From Gonapodya sp. JEL0774 (Eukaryota), in contig JADIIX010000153.1 of assembly GCA_027604505.1 (NCBI GenBank), forward strand, positions 1-47,599: 47,599 nucleotides of DNA. The letters run 5' to 3'. The notes below the pieces were generated by a model that searched no databases, was not told the origin of the DNA, and saw nothing but the letters and a program-made list of their open reading frames with translations. Shown here one piece after another: positions 1 to 12,015 of the stretch (the first letter of the stretch is position 1; every line of letters begins with the position of its first letter). The translations under genes were made by a program, and so were the position numbers.

Positions 1-898
1 ACACTTAACACCTTTGCAGTATACTCTGGAGGGTTCAACTTTGCTGTGATAGGCATCTCGTATAATCTCCCTTTCAAAGAGTGTCCCCTGCAAATCTCCT
101 TGCCTTCAGCATCAGCCAGAATGCAAAGATTGGCTTTGTCAGGAAAAGAGATACTGATACCAAGTTTCTGCAATGCAGTAGTTGCCAAAAGTGTAGAATG
201 TGCTCTTGGATCAAAAATCACTCTAGGAATGTTGATCTCAGTCTCAAAGCCCTTTCCATGAAATGTGACACCCAAAACACCCCTTCCAACTGCAGTTGAT
301 TTCTGACCCTTTGCAGCCAATGTTAGAAAGATGTTGTGCTGCTGAAATGAAGTGAGACCCTGTCCAAGAGGTGTACTACAGTCTGATGCACCAGAATCAA
401 TCAGAAATCGATGTCCCTCATCGCTGACAAGAAATGTAGACACAAGGAGTCCCTTTTTAGGGGGACAAAGGCCTGAATGCTCCAGCACACCCCGACCCAA
501 CCTTGGTGTTGTGGAGTGCATCCTACGTAAATCTCTCTTCAAGTTCTTGCCAGCATTGCAGAAATCAGCCCAGTATGGCTCTTTAGACCAATGATCCTCA
601 GCAAGTGGTACATTCCACCACATTCCTTGCATTGCATGAAAATCTCCCTCAATTTGCATTCCAAGCAATCACTTGCAAACTCCTTGACACTATCTTCGCG
701 ACGTGAGTGTTTGCAGATCTTCCCAGTTCTGCACTGAAACGAGTAATGTCCCTGTCCCTCACAATTGACACAAATCTGCGGCATACTGCAATCAAAGGAA
801 GAATGTCCCAATCCTTCACAGTTATAACACCAAAGAGGACTCAAGCAGTCCCTCTCAAAATGGCCGATGCCACCACAATTGTTGCATCCAAAATTCAT
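1..898 (-). mobile_element. Decayed Ty1/Copia-like gag (CCHC zinc knuckles) + aspartic protease fragment, continuing off the left edge
   Basis: ORF 539-898(-) has three CX2CX4HX4C knuckles (CNNCGGIGHFERDC, CYNCEGLGHSSFDC, CVNCEGQGHYSFQC). Further along the minus strand, 407-381 reads FLIDSGASD, the Copia-type protease motif. Reading frame is broken between the two. Confidence 0.75.
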
Positions 899-989
899 CC
901 TGTGCGACCCTCAGAAGAACCCGGTTAAACGGCTTGTATACCACTTATTGTTTCAAATTGTCCAAAATGTCCAGATTCTCAAAGTGGGG

Positions 990-2049
990 TCAAAGTTGAG
1001 CAGCCGGGCTCATAACCTGTTGAAACTCCAAACTTGTCTTTACTCACACACAACATACTACATGGGAAAATGGGCTGTTTATATGTACATTCACCTGCTA
1101 TGCCACACAGGCCACTGTGATGACTCATCCAATCACTTCCCCAAATCATCTCTGGAGTCCAAATCCAGTGTACACAAATTATTGTGTCACCAATGGTATA
1201 ACCCAAGACTTCACATCTCTTGGAAAAATTTGGAATGTTGGATTGCCTACCAGTGACCACTCCAAGCACACAGGGTGCATTGTTATCCCGTGCTGATTGC
1301 CCTAAAACTGAACCTGAACGTGTCAGTGTCGATGGCGAATTATATTGGTATGGAGTTGGCACTTGGAACTACATTGTTTTCACTAGTCAACCTGGCTGTG
1401 CTACAGCAAACCATGTTTTACCTGAAGCTCTTCGGAATCCTAGTTGCAAGCATTACAATGCTTTTATGCACTTATTGCGCTACTTGAAGGGTACTCTCCA
1501 TTATGAGATCACTTATCTTGGAAAGAGTGATCCTGGCAGGAGCATGCCCGTATGGACCTTTGTGGCTATTATGATGGTTTGTATGCTTCGGACAAATTCA
1601 ATTTGAAATCTCGCCAGGGTTGTGCGTTTATGTTGTCAGGGGGAGCAATTAGCAGGAGTCCGGGCAAGCAAGAACAGCTAACTGATTCGACAACATATGC
1701 TGAATTTGTCTCTCAACATAATCCAGTGCAGGAGCATTTATGGCTCAAGAATGTCTTTATGGAACTTGGACAACCTTTAAGAGATAACATTGAACTGATT
1801 GGAAAGGGCAAACCAGAAGATTTATTTGGGGACAATTAAGGCGCAATATCTTTGGCGCACAATATGACCAAACACTTCGATATTAAATACTTCTTTGTTC
1901 GTGAAGAGATCAAGAAGAAGATTCTTCAGTTGCTTTACATTCCTACAAGTCAGAATACTGCTGATCTCCTAACTAAGTCCTTGCCCAAGGAATCATTTGA
2001 AAAGCACAGAGCTTCTATGGGAATGACAGAAATGACTGATGGATCATGA
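990..2049 (+). mobile_element. Decayed Ty1/Copia reverse transcriptase C-terminus + RNase H
   Basis: LEKFGMLDCLPVTTP, LLRYLKGT, KSRQGCAFMLSGGAIS, STTYAEF, GDN*GAI, TKHFDIKYFFVRE and NTADLLTKSL are typical Copia RT/RNaseH motifs. Frameshifts and stops are present. Confidence 0.9.
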
Positions 2050-2060
2050 TGTTCATGATC

Positions 2061-2188
2061 AGGGGGAGTGTTGGATAAAAGTGATGTTGTGTGTACTATA
2101 TTTGTATGATGGACTGCTGCAGATAGGTGAGTGTGCCAGTGTGTAGTACATGAAGTTGCACCGACAAGAACGTCCAGTATCCTTGACA
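2061..2188 (+). repeat. Polypurine tract (AGGGGGAG, 2061-2068) and putative short 3' LTR of the Copia element (2069-2188)
   Basis: The PPT is immediately followed by TGTTGGATA. The candidate end TATCCTTGACA is an imperfect inverted terminus (TG...CA). No second LTR copy in the window to confirm the end. Confidence 0.6.
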
Positions 2189-2189
2189 A

Positions 2190-3679
2190 ATGTCACAGTT
2201 GCTAAACCACTCGATTCTTCCTTTGGGATTCAATGTACTGATGAACGATCAAGATCAACTCTCCACCCCACCACTCCAGAGTTTGTGCCTGAATTTGCCG
2301 AACAGATTGGTGCAATCGTCACTCCACCTTCCGGTTTCACACTTATCAATAACCCACAATTGCAAGTCAAAATCATCCAGGCACGACACAACACAAAGAC
2401 TGCAGGTCATCTTGGGGTTGAGAAGACATTGGAGCTGGTGCAGCACTCAGGTTACTGGTGGCCTGGTCAGGTCAATTTTATCACAGCTTTTGTTCGCTCA
2501 TGTGAAATTTGTCTATGCGCAAAAGTGGGCTGGCACAAACCATATGGCAAACTTCAGTCTCTCTCTATACTGCCTGCACCATGGGCTTACGTTTCACTTG
2601 ACTTTGTTGTCAAATTGCCAAAGTCTAAAGACCGTCTAGGCAATGTTTACAATTCCATTCTCAACGTGATCTGTCACAGGACAAAGGGTCTGTGCGCTAC
2701 TCCTTGCAATGAATCTATCACAGCTGAAGAGACTGCCTAACTCTACATCAATCACGTTTTTCGGTATCCTGGCCTTCCCCTTGAAATTGTATCAGGTCGC
2801 GGGCTGCAATTTGTCTCTTGTTTCTGGAAAGCACTCTGGGAACTGCTCGGTGTTAAAACACACATGTCTTTGTCGTTTCATCCGCAGTCCAACAATCCAA
2901 CTGAGATAATAAACCACGTAGTTGAAACCTATCTTCGATGTTTCACCTCGTACAAGCAGGATGATTGGGTGGAGTTGCTTCCTCTCGCAGAATTCGCATA
3001 TAAAAATGTGCAACAGGACTCAATTGGGATGTTTCCCTTCTTCGCATACAATCTGTGGCATCCCATTGTCCATCAATTCAGCAAGGTCCAGCCCACTCAT
3101 GCACCCCTGAGTGCGGTGGTAATGGCTCAAAAGATGCATGACAATATAGCAAAACTCAGGGCACACATGAAGAAAGATCAGGAGGATTTTGCCAAATATG
3201 CGAATTGTCACGGATTGGAATCTCCGTTTAAAAAAGGGGACAAAGTTTGGTTGCAAACACGGAACTTGTCGTCTCAACAGCTGTCAAAGAAGTTGGATTT
3301 CAAGATAGTCAAAGAGATTGGGAAAGTGGCATATTGTCTAAAGCTTCCTTACACACTTCGGATACATGACATCTTTCACACCTCTCTACAATCACCACAC
3401 TATTAGAACCACATTCCCAATTGGAAGCCTGCTCCTCCTCCGCCAGTGATCTACCATGATCCGTCTGATCCAGAATTTGAAGTTGCCTCAATACTTAACG
3501 AATGGAATGGAGGACGCTGTTTCGAATGGCTAGTCAATTGGGTTGGGTATGGTCCCGGAGATTGTTTGTGGGAACCGGTTCAGAGTTTGGAGAACACAAA
3601 GGACGCTCTTCTGGGTTTCTATGCCAAACATCCAACCAAACCAATTCCAGCATCGCTGAAGAATTTGTTGTCAAATTAG
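2190..3679 (+). mobile_element. Decayed Ty3/Gypsy chromovirus: integrase + chromodomain
   Basis: One frame with two internal stops (2738, 3404). HHCC zinc domain (HNTKTAGH...CEIC), VSLDFV, IVSGRG (catalytic D lost), HPQSNNPTE, AYCLKLP..IHDIFH, then chromodomain FEVASIL..WLVNWVGYGPGDCLWEP. Confidence 0.92.
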
Positions 3680-3712
3680 CTTCATTGTTGTTCACATGTT
3701 CTCTTTTTTTGT

Positions 3713-3962
3713 GGAGGGGGGCACATTGTCACCTTTGATGACATTGTAGGCGGTGTTTGGGGATTAGTCACATGTTTAGGGGTTGTGGGGCGCAGCACGC
3801 ACTGGGTCAGCCTAGTTTGAGGGATTAGATTCTTTCTTAGGTTTGACACAGTTCAATCAGTCATAGGTAGGATCCAAGGTGTTTTGTATTGCTTCTGCTT
3901 CTATTCACATTCTATCATAGTCTGTCCTTGACTCCCTGGTAGTGACCCTTAGATGGGTCACA
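3713..3962 (+). repeat. Polypurine tract (3713-3721) and putative 3' LTR of the Gypsy element (3727-3962)
   Basis: GGAGGGGGG just after the ORF, then TGTCAC...GTCACA imperfect inverted ends. The right boundary is inferred. Confidence 0.5.
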
Positions 3963-4796
3963 TCAGTGTTATTCATGTCGCTAATTCAACTGCAGATCAG
4001 AAATATGGTGGAATATGAATGACTTCTGGGAACCTTTGGACCTTGGCTGAAATGTCAGTTTGAACTTCCTCTAAAGACTTCATGACGATCCGGTTCGTAA
4101 AACTTCTGTTGTTTGTCTGCACGTCATTTCTATACTTCATGACAAAAGACTCTTTGTCCGGCATCTCCTGCACTTTTCTACACTGTCTCACGCCATTTGC
4201 AAGATTTAACAAGTTTGCTGCAAGCCACAACCTCTTCTTGTGGCATTTTCGGTTACCTCTCTTGCAGTACATTGCCAGAAATGCTTGGTTGAATGCTGGA
4301 TCATCAATCACCAATAATACGCTCTGTTTGTGTTCCAGAAACCACTTGTACAAATGCTTTCACCTCGTTGCACTCGGTGAGTCCCCTGAATTTGTTAGAA
4401 CAAGCCATCGTCTTCAATTGGTCCGCTAAATGTTCAACCAAGGCAATTGTGTTTCCACCAGGGAGCTGTACAGAAGGGGCTTTGCTGAGATCAACTTCCT
4501 CGCCCTGGTTGCTTTCCTCACTTGATGTTTTGTGGTACGTTTTGACAGTCAGATCAAATCCGTGCTCCGTGTCATTGGTGTCACCATCTGCATTGTTTCC
4601 ACTGTGATTACCCGAATGGCTTCCCACCACCAACAGACTCAGTATCCAATCCTCGGCTGTCGCTGTCATGATCCCTTGCGTCAGATCTCCCCTCTGAAGC
4701 CCCTCTGAAGGCTGACTCTCAAATACCTCTCACCTCATCAGCGCCCACACTGTCTGGCACACTCTCAACCTCCTCATTGTGCTGCTTTGCGGGGGC

Positions 4797-4806
4797 NNNN
4801 NNNNNN
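4797..4806. other. Assembly gap (10 N) next to a poly-C run
   Basis: N bases in the sequence. Confidence 0.99.
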
Positions 4807-5563
4807 CATCCCCCCCCCCCCCCCCCCCCCCCCACACAGGTCAATGCTTGCAATGTCATCATCACTGACTGTCAAACCGCTGTGGTGTGACATCTCAATC
4901 CGCTCTTGCCTGCCTGTACACCTGTCTGGTACTTCAACATCCAGGATCACCTTGTGATAAAGAAGCCAAAGCTGATGAGAGGCACACAAACCAAGTTGCC
5001 ACAAAATGAATTGCAAGTTTGCAGGATTAATTTGAGCTTTCTTTTCCTCTCTACAGATTTTTGACAGAGAGGCCAGCCCAAGATGTGGAGAGAGGGCAGA
5101 ATGGTTTGGAATGAGTGGTGTTCTCATGTCCTCAGGGGTTCGTCAAGAAGACAAATGGAAGTGATTGGCAAAAAATCTCGCAGAGAGAGTGCAAAAGTGA
5201 ACAAAAAAACCCCAAAGAAAGCAAGTGACTCAGCCGTGCAGCACTTGCAAAATGTTGTGTCACTGTGACAGTTATGTGAGCCCAGCTTGTATTCCCAATG
5301 TATTCTGTAGATTCCTTTTGAATATGTAGTACATGTAGCTATGTACTAGACTTTGCTTGACCCCCATATTGTCACAGATACTCAACGCTGGATCCAGATC
5401 TGGTGGTTTGCGTTCGGGTTTGGTGCGAATGTGTGCAAAGGGGTGGGAAGGCACTATTAATCCTCTAGAATTTCTAAGCAAGTACACTGACTACTATGTC
5501 AAGATCTTTTCCTATTGAAGATTATCTTTTCTTCCCTCCTCCCCCTGTTCTAAAGTTTTTTAA

Positions 5564-8196
5564 TCACACAGATTCTCCACCGCTTCGCTGCAGTTTCTGT
5601 TTCTCTGTCTTAGACATATCTGAGGTTCTGGTTCCTGTAACAAGAATTTTATTTTCTGTGAATAGATGTCACCATCAAAGTGAAAATGAAAAGGTGAGAA
5701 CGAGGAGGGACCCTGGCATATCCTATTACAGGAACTCACTCTGAATTGCATCAGCAAATATTGTGAGCATCTGGAAGAATATCACTTGCACTTTGGCGAT
5801 CTCTGATATAACAGATTGCGGTCCTTGGACTCCACGGTTCTTGACAAAACTGAAATCAAATTTGATTGCTTCCAGAGTGCATTTCACATGTTTGATTCAA
5901 TAATTTGCAGTCATACAATGGAATTGAGGTTGAGATACTGCTCACCTTTTTCCATTCCAGAGAGAATTGCGTGTAGAGGCTTTGCAATAAAGTACTCTAC
6001 GAAAACAACTGATATGCAAGACATCCCAACAAATATAGCAACAGCTACATTGAGGGGTGCAAGAATGAGTGCAAGCTCACACCATGTAAAAATGTTTGTT
6101 CTACTGTCACATACCAACAATAATGTTGTTTCTCTGTGCCACCCACAATCTGTCTTGTAGGCTTGCTTGTAATATCAGTGAGTCTCCAAGGTAATCTGTA
6201 GCTGGGGCTCCTGAAACAATAATCCACTTCTGATTTGCAAATGTGTAGGACGTCAGTTGAAACAAGTAGTTGTTGAATGAAAATTGGGCATCAGCAAAGT
6301 TACTGTAGAGGTTTCCACTGGTGTAATTATAAATTACTGCAGCAGAAATGTTGAGTAACGGGTACATGGTAGAATTATAATCCCAGATTGTATTAATTGC
6401 GTAGGAAGTTGTTCCAGGAACTAGGTGGCTCAGCGCCTGTGGTGTCATAGACAGTAAGAGAGGAGTCAACTGTCCAGACTTGTGTCATCAGTTTCGTGCT
6501 TCAATTACCGATTGATCAGTGCCCAATCCTGACATGGCTAGAACTTGTGCATCTGGAGTCATTATATAATAAAGTGTGTTTGGTGTCGCCGAACTAAGAA
6601 GGCTGTCCAACACTGTTCCAAAATTGTATGTGGCAAAATTTATGGGACCAACAGACAGGAAGGTGCCATTTGCGTCCCACATCGACCTATATAACTTGAT
6701 TTTCATGAAAATTCATTTTGGCTCTGAATGATTTAAGGGATACTGACCACGACAAGCATTGCAGAAGGCGTGGTGCGACTCCTGGTCGAGACCCTCCTTG
6801 ATACAATGGGCAGATCTTTGGAACTCCAAGTGGCAGTCTATCCACATAAAAGGGCCTTGTCCAACCCTTGTAGCCAGCCTTGATGTTTTGATCGATTGTA
6901 TAAAACGCAGTTTACTCGAGTTGCTTTCAATTATCGGTACTAGACTCACAGCGCTTGCAGTGACCACTGTAGATGCCTTCTGCGTAGTATCATTCAACAA
7001 ATAATTGATCTGAGCAGTGTTCGTGCTCTTTACTGGGCAGTAGTTGTTGCACGATTTGTTTGTCGCATAGTAGTTGATCATCCAGTACTGATAGTTGGGA
7101 TCAAAATCTGATTTTCCAAGCAGGTGATAGATGAATTTGTCAGAGCACAAATACTTCAAGAGAAACAAACTGTGGCAACAACTTGGACAATAATGGGAAA
7201 CCTACAAGATCCGTTGAAGACACTCGCTAAAGAGAAAGAGACCCATTACATGAAATCACGAGACCAATTGGTGTACTGATATCACTAATTGTGTGGTCGC
7301 CCTTGGTACTTACTTAAGTTGGCGTTAACACCGTTCCTGATCGGAACAACACCGATGGACTCAAGAGTGGAGTTCATCCAGTACATGAAAGAATCCACAC
7401 TGACGTCTATAGATGCCACCGTAGAACGCATGAAAGGGATCATTGTGCTAGTAGAGGGAGCACACAAAGGTTCATTCCGAGCTTGAAAGAATGGATGGAC
7501 CGATTCTCACTCGTAATCAGTGGGGCTGACAACGCCTCTGTAAACAGCATCAGCAGTGATGTTCCCAAGAAGATATACCTGAAATAGCAAGAGAAATAAC
7601 GTCATTTGGGTAGGTAACGCATGCGCGGGGCAGTCTGAAGCGTTACCTTTTTCAAATATGCATCTAACGTTGGACAGTGATTCAAAGGGAGTGATAAAGA
7701 TTAATTAGGACAATAGATATATGGGTGCGAATTGCATGCATTGACATAATCCTCACCCATTTGGTTTCGGATGGTCGTGCTTGCATCCTTTTGCCTTTGC
7801 GTAGCTAATGCCAATATGCTCGAAGTACCTATGTGACGGTAAATGAGTTAGACACGTCGATGACGACAATCATGCATACTGCCTACCTTGAGAAATTGCA
7901 TCCGCATTGGACTTCTGAGAGGATGTGTAGTCAAGTCCAATTAGAGAAGCACCCAGCAGCGCAATACTTAAGGAATGGTAGCGAATTTAACGATCAATCT
8001 GAAGAGATATAGCTTGACGGACGTACTTGAGGACAATCATGAGTACGATTGCATTCCTGAGCTTGAGAATAGACCCCTTGAAGTTTGTTCTTGGCACAGG
8101 GAGCCGTCAAATCCAACAAAGATGAGTTTGGGCAGGAGTTGACGAATATCGCAATCCCTCTCACTTGTTCTCCGACGGTGATGGATTGTTTGACAT
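5564..8196 (-). CDS. Multi-exon two-TM sensor: extracellular dCache-like domain + HAMP-like segment and short tail, no catalytic output domain
   Basis: Spliced reconstruction: MSNNPSPSENK-TNFKGSILKLRNAIVLMIVL-NIALLGASLIGL (TM1); WTRPFYV (Cache RPWY-like); TPNTLYYIMTPDAQVLAMS; VAVAIFVGMSCISVVFVEYFIAKPLHAILSGMEK (TM2+HAMP); AIKFDFS..SVISEIAKVQVIFFQMLTIFADAIQKNKIL..GGESV* with TGA at 5566-5564. Start codon tentative. Confidence 0.7.
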
Positions 8197-10380
8197 TAGA
8201 GCTGCAAGTTTGATGAGACACAAGGACCACGACAAGTGTCAGGTTTGGCGGATCGGTGTCAAGAGTCAGGCAGCCAGTGCGAAGTCCCCGCTTGCGTAGA
8301 TGCCCTTGGAAGCAAATTCTTGTCTCCACACGCAGATGGCTCGAATCAACCATGCCGGAGTGCCCCGATCCGACGCCGGGAGTGACATGGCAGAACGAGC
8401 CACTGCTGTGGTGAACTGGGGCCTGCCCCAAACCCTCAAATTGGTAGATTCCAATCCCACACTCCATTTTCTCAAAGGTCAGACTTGGTCAAGTTTCCAC
8501 ACCGTTCCCAGGCTCAGTCTCAGTCTCAGTCAAAGACGAACGCCCGCCCCATTCTCAATTGCCGGATTCTTGTGCCGTTGAACACGGTCGACGAAGTGTC
8601 AATGCAGGGTGAGTCGTATGCTTCGTTCCCATTTTTCATAGCGCTTGGACCCAACATCGCCGATTTAGTCGAACAAACATCTCTCGAGTGCGAAGAAAAC
8701 ATCTCCTTCACCTTCCGATGACTCTCGCCCGTTCGAACTCAAACACCCGGAAACGCAGATTCAAGGACCATGATTGAAGGCGACGATTGGTGCAATGGAG
8801 AGGGCTGGGTGTTGCTGGAGAGAAGGAATGTTGTTTTATATGTTTCATGGCAGTTGGGCTGGTGAGTCAAGCTGGGAGCGGGGATGTTCATCAGTTTTGC
8901 GGCGCCGGGTTCGAACGGGGGTGGGGTTGGACAGGCTACAAAACGCTCGTCTCAAAACAGCCGGATTTGCTGTCATCGGGAGGGTACGATGTGTATGGAT
9001 TTACCATCCGCACCTTAGCGGAGGGTCCTCCTCCGCGCCGAGCGATACTGTCGTGTCGCAGCATGCGGATGCTCAAGCAAGTATCGTTTTCGTCGGAGCC
9101 AGCATCAGTGTTGGTGCAGGCAGAACGACAGGCGCCCGGTGGAGGACGTATTGGTATTGAAAGCTCGTGTCAGCGATTTTTACATATACACACTGAAGGA
9201 TCGAGGTCAAGGACAAGGGATGGAGGACAGGGACAGTAGACAACAAGGGATACTCATGCTATAGTGGGTGAGCACGGAAACGAACCTTCAAGATTCAGTG
9301 TCGGCACGCACGGCACGCGGCGAAAGGAATGCGCTCTGGGATTGAGGTAAGTGCTTTCCTCACTTATTCGGCGATGTAATTTTTCTTCACCGCCTCAAAC
9401 TCCCTCCCCACCTGCTGCAGCTTCGCCTCGACTCTCTACTCTCTCCTCCTCCACTCCTGAAATGTTTTATCCCCACCGCCAACCTCCCCGCTCCCACTAC
9501 ATGAACCCGTGCACCTCCTTCTCGCGGAAGTCAGCCCTTGCTTCGGGCGGCATGGTACTGTAGGCAATTCTGAACCCCCTCTTCGAAATACTCCCACTCC
9601 CGTCTCTTACGCACCGGATCTTGGATAGTGTCAACATGGATCGTCCGTGAGGTGAAGTTTTTGACACGATTGATTTGAGCCACTTCGCAACAACGCAGCT
9701 GTCACCTTCCCCTTTCCGATCCTCGTGAACACATTTCTTTTTACCGTGTCTTCCCCGATCGGCGTCTCGACCGACCGTCCGTTCCATTCGCGAAGGACCA
9801 TTTTTGGAGCCATTTATGTCGAGGTGGACGGTCGTGGGAGATGACTTTGGACGGATCAAGCACTTGCCAGTGTGTTGAGCCCGTGATGAAAGAAGTGCGT
9901 ACGAACGAGCCGAAAGAAAGAACCGAAGGAAAACAAAAAAAATCTAAGAGAAAGAAAAACAAAAAGAAATAGACGGACGAAGACAGCGTCATCCTCTGTC
10001 GTTGGAGCAGCGACCTGTTCCACTGGCGAACTTGTCAGATGAGCACGGTTGTGAGCCCACGAACAACATGGATGCGGCCACTCCTCACCCCTGTCGCCCG
10101 ATTTCCTCCCTTTCACAGCACTTGCCAACCTGTACAATTGTTCCCCTCACATTCATGTCCAAGAATGTGAGGCAAGGGGCACGACGGGGAAGCGAATTCC
10201 AGCGGAAAAGTTCAATTCGTTGGTGTGGGCACACCCCGTGTCACCTCAACTTTCACATGTGATATCTGCATGCACAAGGCACACCACAGATCACATTTCA
10301 GTTGAAACTACAAACGACGCACAACGTCACACATATCCCTCAGTCCCGCGGCGCCCCCGCTGTTGGAAAATCAGAGATAG

Positions 10381-10424
10381 ACACACACACACACACACAC
10401 AAGATATATATATATATATATATA
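10381..10424. repeat. Compound (AC)n/(AT)n microsatellite
   Basis: (AC)10 followed by AAG and about (AT)10. Confidence 0.95.
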
Positions 10425-11125
10425 ATAAAAGTAAAAAAATCGCGCAAAACTCGCACGGCACGGTACGGTAAGGTACGTGCCATGTGTGTCCATAATGAGA
10501 ACCGCGGTGATTGTGATCGTCGTGGTCGTGTACAACTGGGCTGGCGCGGGGACCGGGGAACCGGGGTGGGCAGGCAGGGGGCCTGGGCCGGGTGCGGGCC
10601 GTGACGTGCACACAGACAGACAGACAAGACTCCACACGACACGTCCGTGCGACCACCACCACACCACCACATCCCACGGCCCCACCACGAGACGCTCCAC
10701 GCTGTTTGGTAGCCCCGGACGAGGGGCACCGGACCCGAGGGGCGTGCGGCGGGGCGGCGGGGCGGGGTGCGGACGGACGGGGCAGAATAGAGAGATCAGG
10801 GTGGGCAACGTGCCCCACGGAACGGGTGCGATGACTCTCTGTACACACACACACATGCACGTATATTGAACCCCACTTCCCCCTCCTTACATACATACAC
10901 ACACAGTCTATGGGGCTGTTGGGCGGGTCGTCATCGGTGTGTCCCGAGTCCAGGTGTCCAGGTGTCGAAAGGTGTCCAAAAACTCCCGTCCCGGCTCCCC
11001 TGTGTCACGCATGACACGGCAGGATACAACGGGTCCAGTCAGGGTGGGTTGGACAGGTCGAGACACACACACCCGTCACCGCCACTGGCCACTGGCCACT
11101 TGGGCCATCCCCGTCGCGTCACCCC

Positions 11126-11252
11126 CACACACTGCATCCACCAACCGCAGGTCACGCTCACACACTGCATCCAACCGCAGGTCACCCTCACACACACTGC
11201 ATCCAACCGCAGGTCACCCTCACACACACTGCATCCACCCACCCTCACACAC
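11126..11252. repeat. ~31-bp minisatellite, 3-4 copies, just downstream of the QCR9 stop
   Basis: Unit CACACACTGCATCCAACCGCAGGTCACCCT with small indels. Confidence 0.9.
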
Positions 11253-11290
11253 CACGCCCACCACCAACCCCACCACGGTTGGTCCACTCC

Positions 11291-11783
11291 TCACTCCTGG
11301 ATGTATTTGCCGCGGATGTCTTTCCATTGTCGCTGGGGAGGAAGGGAGGGAGGGGAAGGGAGAGTTTGCACACGGTACCTCAGGACCACGAGAGAGGGGA
11401 GGGCAACTCAACTCACGCCGGCGTTGACCCTGTCCCATACAATGTTTGCGCCTTCGTCAAAAGCGATTTCGAGAGCGAATGCGCTTACGAAGATTGAGGC
11501 GAAGAAGGTGGCTGGGAGGGAGGGAGGGGAGGAGAGATGAGGGGATTGAGGGAGGAGAGGAGAGGGAGGGAGGGAGAGAGGGGTGTGAGAGAGGGGAAGA
11601 GAGAGGAGAGCGCGGGGAGTTGGGAACGGGGATACAGACTGTTTCTCCTGAAGACAGCGTTGTAGAGGGAGTCTGTTGTAGGTGGGGAGAAGGGGAGGGA
11701 GGGGGAGCGGTGGAGTGTGAGAAGAGGAGGGGAGTGCTAGTGGGGAAAGAGAGAGAGCGACATCACGCACGGTAGAATGACAT
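11291..11783 (-). CDS. QCR9: Cytochrome bc1 complex subunit 9 (4 exons)
   Basis: Spliced: MSFYHSLYNAVFRRNTTFFASIFVSAFALEIAFDEGANIVWDRVNAGRQWKDIRGKYIQE*, with the family hallmark N.G.QWKDI. All introns GT-AG. Confidence 0.93.
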
Positions 11784-12015
11784 GATGGGGGGCGGGTGAT
11801 GATTGGTGCGATGTGAGTGAACAAATGTTGTGCGGGTGAGGGTGAGCACAGCGTGCAGAAAACAGGGGGGTGCTGAGGTCGCTGTGGTCAGGCTGTGCTG
11901 TGGTCGCACTGACTTTCCCGATCCCTCTCACTCCCTCCCCATCACACCCTCCTTCCCCTCCCTCCCCTCCCGGCATCCCCCCCTTGTCCCCCCCTCATCC
12001 CTCCCCCCTCCCCCG

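Noticed and set aside
3997..5127. Minus-strand ORF fragments around the assembly gap
   Set aside because: No recognisable domain; frameshifted and adjacent to TEs. Possibly decayed repeat or gene, but unsupported.
8281..8430. GAAGTCCCCG ... TGGGGCC resembling RNase MRP P4 halves
   Set aside because: The 3' half lacks the GGGGCUnAYU consensus and no other conserved regions are visible.
9497..10137. Possible small spliced minus-strand gene
   Set aside because: Splice-like signals exist, but no consistent or recognisable protein could be assembled.
10230..10290. Minus-strand CES-TGA (CxxU-like) and SECIS-like hairpin
   Set aside because: Other in-frame stops nearby, no similarity to known selenoprotein families, and the hairpin lacks RUGA and apical AA.
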